Positions 51,233 to 64,000 of a stretch of DNA of 64,000 nucleotides are shown here, in pieces (the stretch's first letter is position 1; each line of letters begins with the position of its first letter). The DNA is from Eledone cirrhosa (Eukaryota): positions 31,000,001 through 31,064,000 of the forward strand of contig OZ024746.1 in assembly GCA_964016885.1 (NCBI GenBank), given 5' to 3'. A model generated the notes under the pieces. That model was given only the letters and a program-made list of their open reading frames with translations, did not search any database and was not told the DNA's origin. The translations under genes and the position numbers were made by a program.

Positions 51233-52184
51233 AATCGAAGAATTAACTATACTTTCCAACTAGAATACCACATTGTTTTGCTGCCTGAAAAGTTAGGGAA
51301 AAACATGGAATCATTAATAATGGTGGGATAAGAACAAGAATTATAGAAACAATCATCAATATATGTCCACGTGTTGACATGGGTTGGATGGTATATAAAA
51401 TGCTGTTACACAGCACACCTTGTAAGGTTGTCATACAGGTGCCACGATAAAAAGTACCCAGTTCACCTTATAAAGTGGTTGGCATTTGGAAGGATATCCA
51501 ACCATAGAAAACTATGCCAAAATCAGATTGTAAGAGCAAGATGTGGTAACCTAATCCGTTTGGCTTCACATCACAAGGCCCTTCTAACCCATGCAGCAAT
51601 GGAAAATAGACGTTAAACAATGATCATATATGTGTGTATAGACAAAGCAGTTAACTTAGGAACATTGGGAAATTTTGAAATGTGTGCATCCCAACGCAAA
51701 TGACGATAATAATAGTTGATCATTGTAATAATTGAGAAAATCGGATAAAGATAGAAAACGTTCCTTACTTTTAGCGGTGACAAGAATGAAAGTAAATTTA
51801 TTTTCATAAGTAAGGAACGCCTCTGTTCACTGTGTCTCCAGTATAACTTTACCAGATTTTCTCAACTATCATAAAAACAACAGCTAACCAAATAGTTACA
51901 GCACTACAATACTATAAACATGAAAACATAAAGATTTCATTTGAACTTCCGTCTTAAGAAGAATTTAAAGTATATATAGTTTACTGAATAAATATTGAGA
52001 GAACAAGATATATGTAAAATATGAGAAATATAAGAATTATATTGTGTATATATATATCGATGATGTCAACCGAATGAAACAGTGATAGTCCTGTAGAAAT
52101 CCTTATAAAGTAAATCATGCACCCGACTTAATATGTTGAGTACCTTATTTAACTACGGCCTCTTTCCGTTCCTCTACGGAAAAC

Positions 52185-52240
<56 letters not shown>

Positions 52241-52580
52241 TAACAGAGAGAAAAAAAGGTCTTACCACGAACATTAAGTGAATTCTTGAGCTACTGACAT
52301 TTTCTAAACCGCCCATCCGAAAACCCCCCAAAAATCAAATATCTCTTTATTTTTACGATAATTATTTTGTAAGGTCATTAAGTAATCATTTCTATTTCTG
52401 TTTCGTTTAAACTATTTTTAATTACTCAATATTTAAATTATGTTTTTGTTTTTAGTTTTATACGAAAGTGAGCTTTCAGTATAAATCTGTACCAACCAAA
52501 ACAATTGTAAATTAAGTGGAGAATAACTTCGTAAGAGGTTATTTTTAACATTCGTTTTTCATCGATGTATTAAAGAGGAT

Positions 52581-52744
52581 AATTGTTTCTACTTTTTGGC
52601 ACAAGGCCAGCAATTACCCAGTGCATTACTGGTACTTTATTTTATCGACCCCGTAAGGATGAAAGGCAAAGTCAACCTCAGCGGGATTTGAACTCAGATC
52701 GTTAAGGGACGTAACTATGCTGGAAAGCATGGCATCCGACCCTC
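52581..52744 (-). mobile_element. Same SINE family, 5'-truncated (also 56441-56610 +, 57973-58077 -, 40935-41002 -)
   Basis: Near-identical body. Confidence 0.88.
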
Positions 52745-53278
52745 CCTACTTTAGTGTTCCATTAAAGTGAATGTGAAAGTTCTACACGGAAAAAAAAACA
52801 ATGCAGTGTAAATACAAACAAAGAAACGAAATAACATTTAACATTTTCTCTTTCCCTATTTTAACTACAATTTCCTTAACTAGTATATATATATATATAT
52901 ATATACAGCGTAGTTTAGTTTGGTGAAGAATAGCTAAAGTTAAGAGAGCATTCAATCTGTGGGAAGTCGATATTTATTACACAAACTCTATTGGTATTTA
53001 TGATGCAATTATTTCTTTGGCTCTCTATTTCAGTAATATATTGTTAAAGGGGTTTGTCACGGTTGGCGTGGCTCATCAAGATATTGCTAAACAGGACGGT
53101 CACGGTTAGCGTAGCTTACCAATATATTGTTAAACAAGATGGTCACAGTTTAAAAGGATCGTCACGATTGGCGTGGCTCATCTACACATTGTTAAACACA
53201 ACTGTTCAACTATATCTGCAGCAAAGCTCTGGTAGAGGGCGTGACAGTCGTACAACAACAACAGCAGTAGTAGGAGCA

Positions 53279-53307
53279 GCCACGTGACCTACAAACGATG
53301 GTGACGT
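53279..53307. promoter_or_regulatory. E-box/CLEAR-like GCCACGTGAC and CRE-like TGACGT in a putative bidirectional promoter
   Basis: Motifs lie in a locally CpG-richer stretch between the divergent NKAP and nischarin-like starts. Confidence 0.4.
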
Positions 53308-53594
53308 TAGTGATGTCGGCTGTGGCCGCGTTGCTATCTCGTCTCTATCAGCCTGCATCTTCTAACACAGACCACATCCGTTATTTTCTTATCTTGCCCT
53401 CTCCACAATATACATTCATCTGACGATGCTCCCTCTTATTCTTAAATATAGACCTCTATTATCGTCCACAATAATACACTACTTTTATTAACACCCTAGT
53501 CTCTCTATACGTACACACATATATATGTAACTGTATATGTGTGTGTTTATATATATATAGTTGTCCCAATATTATTAATTCACCATTGCCTACA

Positions 53595-53681
53595 ATGTCC
53601 CAGTTTGGAAGAGATTTGGATAACTTCAGTGCCTGCAGAACTGTCCGCATTATTGGCTCGGAATGTGTGGAAAACTATACG
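53595..53681 (+). CDS. NISCH: First coding exon of a nischarin-like PX-domain gene (remaining exons not found in window)
   Basis: MSQFGRDLDNFSACRTVRIIGSECVENYT followed by phase-0 donor GTAAGG. Resembles the nischarin N-terminus as I recall it (ARVVGSELVDTYT|VYIIQV). Confidence 0.7.
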
Positions 53682-53711
53682 GTAAGGAACGACCAATTCT
53701 ATAATAGAATA

Positions 53712-53763
<52 letters not shown>

Positions 53764-53916
53764 GGGTGTATTAGTGTATATATTATATATACGTTGAAAC
53801 ATTAACTGAATGAGCGAGCACTCAATGCATGTGAGCAAAGTCTAGAATTTATTTTCGGAAGAAAAAGATGTTTGTGACTTCGAAGTTTCAGCTTTTGCTT
53901 TATATACATATCTATC

Positions 53917-53950
<34 letters not shown>

Positions 53951-54859
53951 ATCCCGACCGTGTGAAGATGGATGAGGATGCTGCTAATTAAGAGACTAGT
54001 AAGACCATTATTCAACTTAGTACTCCATACTTTAAAAAATCAATGTATATGTATAGTACATGTAAACTCGACGGTCAAGCTTAAACGGTTTAACTTAAGC
54101 GTTACCGTCGGCCTTACATGTACTAAATTATATATATATATATACATTCATTCACCAATACACACATATATATAGCATTAGTTAATAACCCAACTGGCAA
54201 CACAACCACCTCCCCTTCATTGACATAACACTAACACTTCGCTAATTAAAATCAATGTTAGTAACTAGTATTATCTCCTCCTTTCTCTGGGAGAGGAGAA
54301 TAAATGTATGAATGCCCTAACTTCCACATCACTCTTCATATTGTCACTATTTCATTCGAGTATCTATCCACTTAAAAATATCTGGAGCTCTATGCCTTAT
54401 GTAATGTACATGTATGAATGTTGGCGATCGCGAGAATGTGTACTCAATAGTGAGTCAAGGCAGTCTGATGACTCTGTAAACATATAGAAGCTCTAGTAAC
54501 AGGACACTGACTCGGCCTAAATAAAACTATATATATAGAGAGAAAGAGAGATAGACGTGTGTGTGTATTATTACCATGCCAGAAATAATTTGCTCTATTT
54601 CTCTGTTTTCGTCTGGCTATTTCTGTCTTTCATTGATACAAAATAAAATGAGGGTAGCTGTAATTAACTAGGGATCTATTACTGCATAGCTATTTGTACC
54701 CCCTCCCCCTCACTTCCTCCCTTGTAACATTTGGCTGTCTGCCTAATGTAAGTGGTTGTTGTATTCATATATGTATGTGTATGTCTATTGTATTATGTAT
54801 TTGCGTCACACCATCTCTATAGTTTCACATTTACTTCTCTCTGTGTGTATGCATGTATG

Positions 54860-54892
<33 letters not shown>

Positions 54893-55326
54893 TGTTGTTG
54901 ACGTTTACTACTGTACAGTATTGTTGTGTTTGTTGTTGCAGATAATGTTGCTGTTTTCTACAATATTCTACAGCAGGGCTTCCATAACCCCGCAAAAGAA
55001 ACTAATTTTGTCGCAGAACACCCCGTGTATATGATTTTCCTTATGTTTTACGTATGGTCCTCACTCTACCCTGTTTTTAGTAAGACCCACCCTCATTTTC
55101 AAATTGAAACAAATTGTGTATCAATTAGGGTTTGAATTGGGACTGGGAATTAGGGGTTCGATTGAAAGTTTGGGGATATTTACGTTTGATTCAATTTGAT
55201 ATGCAGGGTAGTAAGGAAGGAGCTCCAAATTTTGTTTTAGAGAATATATATCATACATACATATATACACACACATATATATATATTACATACACACACA
55301 CACACACACACATATATATCATACAT

Positions 55327-55358
<32 letters not shown>

Positions 55359-55544
55359 CATACATACATATACACATATATATACATACATATACACATA
55401 TATATCATATATACATACATGTACACATATATATATATATATATATATCATACATACATGTACACATATATCATACATACATACATGTACACATATATAT
55501 ATATCATACATACATACATGTACACATATATATCATACATACAT

Positions 55545-55595
<51 letters not shown>

Positions 55596-58500
55596 TTGAA
55601 ACTTAGTCGTCCCAACGCAAATGACTGAGTCGATTATTATAAATAATAGTTGAAAAGTCGGGTAAAATACCCCTGGAAATTGGAAAAGTGGGCAGTCCGT
55701 CACCAGAGGGACTTTAGCGACTTTTCAGTTAACATTTACAGTGATCGACTAATATTATAGTCACCTACGTCGGGACCACAAGGTTTTAAATTTCAAATGT
55801 TCCCAATGCTTATTAAGCCAACCGTATGTTATATGTATTACAAATAGATTAATAATTTTGTTTAATTTTATTAAGTCACCCTATCTGTTGGATGACTGAA
55901 GAGTGCAAACACTGACTATTACAGTAATGTAATTTATGTGTTGTTCCCTGTGGCAAATGATACTGTTTAGTGTTATTGGAATGTGACTCAACCCCCCCCC
56001 CCCCCCCTCCTCTCTCCTCTGATATCTGAGAAGCTTTGCTTCAGTTTCATATATCAATCAATGTTTTGCTTATTATCGATGTTGGTTGAGCATTCGATCT
56101 GTCTCTACCACCAACCTCTCACCTCATCTCATTGGAGTCATTATTTAACTCCGCATAACATACCAATATGCACATATACACCAATACGCACATATGGTGG
56201 TGATGGTGGTCGTCGTAATGGTGATGGTGATGATGTAGAAGGCAGTGGTAGTGATGTTGGTGACAGCAGCACTGATGGTGGTGGTGATGATGTTGGCAGT
56301 GGTAGTAGTGGTCCATTTTATTTGAGCCCAACAGAATGAAAGTTAAATAGCTCACAGGTGATGTTTGAACCAAGAATATAAAGGGAGATAACTAAATGTT
56401 GTCATACATTTGATGCTCTACCAATTTTATCATCATTATCAGTAGAGGGTCGGACGCCATGCTTTGCAGCACAGTTACGTCCCTTTACGGACTGAGTTCA
56501 AATCCCGCCGAGGTTAACTTTGCCTTTCATCCTTACGGGGGTCGATAAAATAAAGTACCAGTAATACACTGGGATAATTGCTGGCCTTGTGCCAAAAGTA
56601 GAAACAATTATCATTTAACCTGTTCTTCTGGCTAGCAATCATTGAGTGGGGTTATCACAGACCAAGTCAGGAAACTAGGAAAGAGTCAATCTATTTTTGG
56701 AATGGTTTCTACAGATGGATGCCCTTCCTATCACCAACCACTTTACAGAGTGTACTGGGTGTGTTTTATCATAACGCCAACACTTGCGTGGTTGTTATGA
56801 CTGAAGGGTCCTTCAACACTTTTAAGTATGGTTTCTATAGCAAAATAATAATGATAGTGGTTTCTAATTTAAGCAGACAATTATATTGACCCTAATACAT
56901 AACTGGTACTTTCTTTTACCAACCCCAGAAATGTAAAAGGAAAAGTTGACACTGACTGGAACAAATACTGTAAAGTATTCTATCTGACATTGTAATAATA
57001 ATAATAGGGAGTATTTCTTGCCTCAAATATTGATTTTCCTTCTGATAACTATTGATTTCTGCCATGTAGTTATAGTTGGATGAGTTTAATGGTTACACAG
57101 CCAACAAATAAAACTAACCATCCCAATGCTTACTCACATACATATATGCACACACATACATGCATATACACTCACATACATACACATATGCACACATACC
57201 CACACACACATACACAGTGGATCATCGATATTGATGGTTTACTAGCAAAAACTATTTATAGGAATCATATATATATATGTTTGCACACATGTATATATAT
57301 TGTTTGTACTTATAGTCCTTTAGTATGGGTGTGTGTGTGTATACACTGTAGTTTATATTGAACTGTTCTTGTGTGTGTGGGGGGGGGGGGGGTGTATGCA
57401 ACCCAAACTCCCACCCACTGCTCCCAATTACTGTCCTCTCATTCTGGCCAAGGACACAGCACACTAGTACTCAAACATGGTAGCACTGATGCCATGATAA
57501 AATACAGCCATACTCTGTAAAGTGGTTGTGCTGATGCCTCAATAAAAGCACTCAGCCCACAGGAAAATGGTAGTGTTAGTGCCATAATAAGATACATCCA
57601 ACCCACACGGTAAAGTGGTAGTTTCTAGCCTGTCAGCTGATTGTGGTAGTGCCATGATAAAATGCGCATGGTACATATAGAAACCATGCCAGAATAGGTA
57701 CTATCTATAGAATATAGGCTATTTATAGAACATGGGAATTATTTTTAGGACATTGTGACAATAGATCATAGAGACTATAGAATATAGGTACTATTTATGA
57801 TATAAGGACTATTCATAGATCATCAAGACTATAGAATATAGGGACTATTTATAGAACATGGGGACCATTTATAAAATATAGAATATTCATAGAATGTAGG
57901 GACTGTTTACTGAACAAATGTGCTATTGTTCTTAATTCTCAATTTTTTCCATGTCTCTTTGTAAGTACAATAATTGTTTCTACTTTAGGCACAAGGCCAG
58001 CAATTACCCAGTGCATTACTGGTACTTTATTTTATCGACCCCGTAAGGATGAAAGGCAAAGTCAACCTCGGCGGGATAAGTAAGATATGTAATAAGATAC
58101 ATTGTTTCAATAACACAATGTAAGATATATATGTAATATAAGATATATTGTTTCAATAATACAGTGTAATATATACGTAATAAAAGATACATTATCTACC
58201 AGTAAATGACTAATACAGCTTTAGTATTGTCTCTGATCGAATTGTTTACATTGTGTGTTTGTTCCTGAGTTCAAATCCTGCTGAAGTCAACTTTACCATT
58301 CATCTATCCAGAATTAATAAAAAATAAAGTACCAGTTTAGTACTGGGGTCAATATAATCAACAGATCTCCTTTCCACAAAGTTCTGGCCCTGGGTTTATG
58401 TAGTAAACAATTATTATGGATTGACAGAATTGTTAAAGTATCAGGCAAAATGTAAAATACACCCAGTACATACTGTATAGTGGTTGATGGTCACACACAG

Positions 58501-58939
58501 ACAAAATTGGGTAGAGAGGACCTTTTTGTCTAGTTGAGTACATAACATCTCTAGTACTGGTGCCATGATAAAATACACTAAATACAGTGTGTAAAGTGGT
58601 AGTGTTACTACTATAAGATATACCCAGAACACTCTAAAGTGATAGTACTTGTGCCATGATAAAATACACTCAGTATATACTGTAAACTAGTTGGTATTTG
58701 GAAGGGGTCCAACTTTAGGAACCCTGTCAAAAGAGGAACATACAAGCATGGTTTCTTGACCCATCTAGGAATGTCTGTAACTGATTGTGACTGCAACAAC
58801 CCATCTAACCCATGCCAACTTGGAAAACAGATGTAAAATGATAATTAATACGTAAAAGGTTTACTGGTATTTGATATGTCTGTGTTTTACATCTTACTGT
58901 AGCAAGTCATATCTTGTGGTTTCGTTCTTCCTTTCCTTC

Positions 58940-59371
58940 CATATGAATACAGGATATGAGGGCTGCCTCACCCACATGAATACAGGACATGAGGGCTGCC
59001 TCACCCACATGGGTACAGGACATGAGGGCTGCCTCACCCACATGGGTACAGGACATGAGGGCTGCCTCACCCAACTGGATACAGGACATGAGGGCTGCCT
59101 CACCTGCATGAGTACAGGACATGAAGGCTGCCTCACCCTACTGGATACAGGACACGAGGGCTGCCTCACCTGCATGAGTACAGGGCATGATGGTTGCCTC
59201 ACCCTACTGGATACAGGACACGAGGGCTGCCTCACCTGCATGAGTACAGGACATGATGGTTGCCTCAGCCACATAAGTACAGGACATGAGGGCTACCTCA
59301 CCATCATGGGTACAGGACATGAGGACTTCTTCATCCACATGAGTACATGACATGAGGGCTGCTTCACCCAC
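58940..59371. repeat. 33-bp minisatellite, about 13 units
   Basis: CATGGGTACAGGACATGAGGGCTGCCTCACCCA. Confidence 0.92.
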
Positions 59372-60616
59372 CCACTAGTCTTGGATATCCCATAACTATA
59401 GAGAAGCGCCTCAAAATACAGGTCTGAAATATATCTTGGAAGAAAAATAAATCTCTCTTTGTCTCTCTATCTATCTATAAGAAAGATATCTATCTCTGTG
59501 TCACTTTCTGACATTCTCTTTTCTCTCTCTCTCCCCTCTCTCTCTTTCTTCCCCCTCTTTCTCTCACCCTTCCCCTTCTTTCCCTCCCCCTCTCTCACAT
59601 TACTGAAATATTTAAAGTCTAAAAATCCACACCCAAAACAAACTTAACCAGTTTTATTGTTATTATTGTGGCAAACCTAGAGTTCAAAGATATTTTACCT
59701 GCAATCATTCTACCTTTTTATATATCTAAGCTTACACTGTCCACTGCGCCCTTCCTTTTTTAGACAATAGATTTGGCTGCTGTTTCTAGCCGAATGAGCG
59801 ACCACATAGAATCCTCTTTGTTGACTTGTAATCTTTACTTGGGATCAACACTAACCTACAAGGGAACCTTTAAATGGTCACTAGATCTGCTAAAAATAAT
59901 ATCCAAATCTCTCTCAAATCACATCCTATCATCTTAAATACAGCAATATTGTTGAGTGTTTGACCACGGTCAGCTCCGATGAGAAGTGTCCCAGTTGTTC
60001 GAACAATAGAACAGCCTGCTTGGGAAATTAATGTGCAAGTGGCTGAGCATTCCAAACATGTGCACATTTGATGTAATTCTCAAGGAGATTCAGTACGACA
60101 TACTGTGTGACAAGACTGGCCATTTGAATTACAGGTACAACTCACTTTTGCTAGCTGAGTGGACTGGAGCAATGTGAAATAAAGTGTCTTGCTGAAGGGC
60201 ACAATGTACCACAAGTAATCAAACTTAGGACCCTCTGATTATGAGCTGTACATCTTAACCACTTAGTCATATACCTTCACAAATACGAGAATATATTACA
60301 TAATTTCTACTATAGGCACAAGGCCAGCAATTTTGGGGGAGGGGAAAGTCGATTAAATCAACCCCAGTGCATTACTGGTACTTTATTTTATCAACCTCGT
60401 AAGAAATGAAAGGCAAAGCTAACCTCAGAGGGATTTAAACTCAGACCATAAAGAGCCGTAACTCTGTACTGCAACCATGGTGTCTGACGCTCTACCTATT
60501 CTGCCAATCCACCACTGTGTAGGGCCAGGGGTTCTCAGAAGAGAAGACTTGGACAGAGATAGTAAATATAACTGAACCTCATGAAGGAGATAAGTTGGAA
60601 GGAAGGAATGAAGTAG

Positions 60617-60762
60617 AGACACTGTACTGGGAGAGGATTCGTCTAACTTGAACCACACAAAGATGACTTAGGGAGGACTGAAGTGGAGAGACACTGTTCT
60701 GGGAGAGGATTCGTCTAACTTGAACCACACAAAGATGACTTAGGGAGGACTGAAGTGGAGAG
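60617..60762. repeat. 72-bp tandem duplication
   Basis: GAGACACTGT.CTGGGAGAGGATTCG...GGACTGAAGTGGA twice. Confidence 0.85.
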
Positions 60763-62439
60763 GACTTATCATATGTATGCATGGAAGAATGAACATAATG
60801 ATAATGATGAGTCCTACATATTAATGAAAAGATAGGAGGGTCATCGCTAGAATGTCTTTGATTTGTATATCAACTATATTAGAAAATATAGATTAGTTAT
60901 CTAGTGTGACGAGCAGTAGCTAGCATTAGGTCAAAGTGAGAGAATTGATAAATTTTATCAATTTCAAGATATAATGATCCTATTATATGTGGAGTATGGC
61001 TACAGGTTCCACTCATGTGTAGAGTGTGGCTATAGAGTCTACACATGGATTGTAGCTATAGGTGGAGTGTGGTTATAGGGTCCACTCAAATGGAGTGTGT
61101 CTATAAGGTCTACTCGTGTGAAGTGCAGTTACAGTGTCCACTCATGTGTGGAGTGAGGCTGTACAATCTACTGATAGGAGTGTCGGTGTAGGATCCACTG
61201 ATGGAATTATGATTGGCTGATAATATCTGCATCACATAGCTGTCATCACAGTACATATCTGACCTCCGTTATCACAGTACCTGTCTAACCTCTATCATCA
61301 CTATACTTGGGTAGCCTCGATTCACAGTGGTTGTAGCCAGCTGAAGCCATCCAGGGTGGAGATCAACACAGGTACATATAGCAAGGGATTGAGAGACCTT
61401 CACAATCTGATAATTCATTCATTCTACTGGCTAGTTATACCAATTTAACAAATTAGTAATGCCATTCTATGGACTATACAGATCAGTTATGCCAAGGTGA
61501 CAAGTTAGTAGTATCTCATTCTAGACTAAACTGACCAGTTATAGGTAGGTGACATATTAGTAGTGTCTCATTTTACAGACTAAACTGACCAGTTATACCT
61601 AGGTGACAAGTTAGTAGTGTCTCATTCTAGATTAAACTGACCAAGGTGACAAATTAGTAGTTTTTTTAACAAAATATCAGGCAATATTTTTTCAATCTAG
61701 CTCTGTTTTAAGTTTAAATCCTCCTAAGATCAACTCAGGATTGTTAAAATAAATCACAGAAACTTGGTGAATGTTATAAGTAGTATATGAGGTTATTTCT
61801 ATTTATTATCATTTTATGTTAGTTGCAGTCCAAGACCAGATATGTTAGTCTCACATGGTTTCTATGACTTGATGTTCTTCCAAATGCTAACCACATTGCA
61901 GATTTTACTAAATCTGTTGCACAAGCACAACCTCTTTATAGAGTGGACTAGATGCATTTTATCATGGCACCACTTTATAGGGTGTATTGTGTACATTTTA
62001 TTGTGGCACCAGCACTGGAGAAGTCATATCAGGCCAGACTGAATAGACCTCTTAAACCCTACATTGTCTCAGTTTAATTATCTGGTCTCCCACCACATTT
62101 ACTGTTAGTGTCACAGTGCTTGTATAAACTTATATTTTAAAGTTCATTTAAAGTTTATTGTCACTGTATTCTATCTATTAATCTATAGATAATAGTTATT
62201 TATCTATTGTGGGCTTTTTGTCATCTTTGACTTAGTTGTAGCACTTTTGTTTAATTTTGCTGTGTCAGCACTTATGTATAATGTTGTGAATCAGCATAGT
62301 TATATATTCCAAATCATCCCACACTCCCATCCCATTGGTCATATGTACCTGGGCCTACTTTGGCGTTCCAGTTTACTAAGACAACAAGGATGTCTATTTT
62401 ATGAGCCGTCCTGATTATTCTCCAGGACTTTATAGAACT

Positions 62440-62960
62440 CTTCTCCTATGCTTTTCAACATCTTCCTGGAAAACATCATGCAAAAGACTCAAGACTTCTA
62501 CACCTCAGTTTCCATTGGAGGCTGGCCCATTTCCAGTCTACAATTTGCTGATGACATTCACCTGTTAGGAAACAGTGAAGCAGAACTCCAGGAGCTCACT
62601 GCCTGGTGGGAAAAAGTATCAGGAGCATACAGAATGGAGATCAACTCAGAAAAAAAGCAAGGTTCTATTTAATTGTAATAATCAGAATATAGCAACCAAC
62701 ATCATGCTTAATGGAGGAAAACTTGAAGAAAAGGACACATTCAAGTACCTAGGATCCACTCTAACCAAAGATGGTAAACCTCAAAAGGAGTAATGACAAG
62801 ACTCACCCTGGCCACATCTGTCCTGGTAAATCTGAATGTCATATGGAAAAGCAACTCCATCAGTTTTTTAATGAAGCTCAAACTATACAAGTCCTTGGTG
62901 ACTTCAATCTTTTTGTATGGGTGTGAGAGTTGGACTCACAGCTGACATGGAATGAAGAAT
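62440..62960 (+). mobile_element. Degraded RTE-like RT fragment
   Basis: LFNIFLENIM, LQFADDIHLL, FKYLGSTL. Confidence 0.8.
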
Positions 62961-62964
62961 CTAG

Positions 62965-64000
62965 TCTCCCTTGCACACCACTTGTGATTCCTCTTAAACC
63001 CAGTTTCACCCTCAGTTCATCCAAGCTCTTTCTCTCACATTTACATTTGCACATATATTGAAGCATGGTTGTTTCATTTCTCTCCAGCCTATGAATCTCC
63101 TCTGCAGTCACTGCCCATGTTTCACTACCATACAGCACCATTGCCAGGCTTCTGCTTTTCAGCATCAATGATATTAAATACACCAGTGTCATTTTTAACA
63201 CACTTTTCCCCAATAACATCCCTATTCATACTGCTTTGTAATGCAGAACATTTCATGTCTCTGATGCTCACCTCAGAAGACATTGGCAAACTTTCTTTCT
63301 TCAGCCTCTTTCTGAACTATGTATACTTGTCCTCTAGCTTCTCTCTTAGCTACCTGGTACTGGTTTCTGCTACCCCCATTTTTCCAGTTTTTCCATGCCT
63401 GTCTCTTGAGTTTAATGGCTCTATTCACTGTGCTATTCAACCACCAGGTCACCCTCTGTCTGGTGCTTTGCTCCATTCACATGTCTCATATGTTTATTCT
63501 GATGTCACTAATAAATTTGTGTTGGGCGGCACATTCTTTCCCAGAGAAGGCCTTAGCATTTATTACTGTCTGTCTATCTCATCTTACAAGTAAAAAATCA
63601 ATCTGGTTTATGTATTGGCCTGATTTGTATGTGATCAGAAAACTGGTCGGTTTCCTGAAATTTGTATTGCAAATGGTTAGTTCAGTTGCATCACAGAATT
63701 CCATGAGCCTCACTTTCTCTTCAGCTCTTGATCCATAACCATAGCTTCTGTGAATTTCAGTGAATCCATGCTCGTACTATCCAACATATTCATTGAAGTC
63801 ACTTGCCAAGATGATGTCTCTTTCATCGGTGGCTAAGGTTGACAGTAAAAGTTCCTCATAGAACCAGTCCTTTTGTTCTTTACTCAGTCCTGCCTGTGAT
63901 GCATAGGTAAATGTAATTGTCACCATTCTATTTCCTACAGCTATTCTAAGCTCGATAATTCTGTCATTACCTTAACTACTTCTATTACCTTATCTATTCA
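62965..64000 (-). mobile_element. Degraded LINE fragments (endonuclease, linker, RT C-terminus)
   Basis: AMVLYGSETWA, TWWLNSTVNRAIKLKRQAWK, and TYASQAG / NQIDFL endonuclease remnants. Confidence 0.7.

Noticed and set aside
54942-55051. AG..GT-bounded candidate exon 2 of the nischarin-like gene
   Set aside because: Stop codon in the required phase and no PX-domain similarity.

Overview
Eukaryotic, AT-rich, microsatellite-saturated genomic DNA. The SINE/LINE repertoire and the (TA)n/(CA)n/(GA)n density suggest an octopus or other cephalopod (inference). A 200-N gap (32798-32997) splits the window. The left half has no recognisable host gene. It holds an intact two-ORF Tx1/L1-type non-LTR retrotransposon and a 383-bp 5'-truncated sister copy, both embedded in (GATA)n. 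It also holds many young tRNA-derived SINEs and a dense set of short repeats flanked by (TA)n. These short repeats often form inverted pairs and carry type I hammerhead ribozyme motifs of at least five sequence families, consistent with Penelope-like or retrozyme termini. The right half holds a hAT remnant, two tRNA-Ser(GCT) genes and a pseudogene, several minisatellites, a complete NKAP gene with 9 coding exons (- strand, 605 aa as spliced by hand) and, head-to-head with it, the first coding exon of a nischarin-like gene (+ strand). Almost all other ORFs in the track are microsatellite artefacts. All folds and alignments were done by eye.
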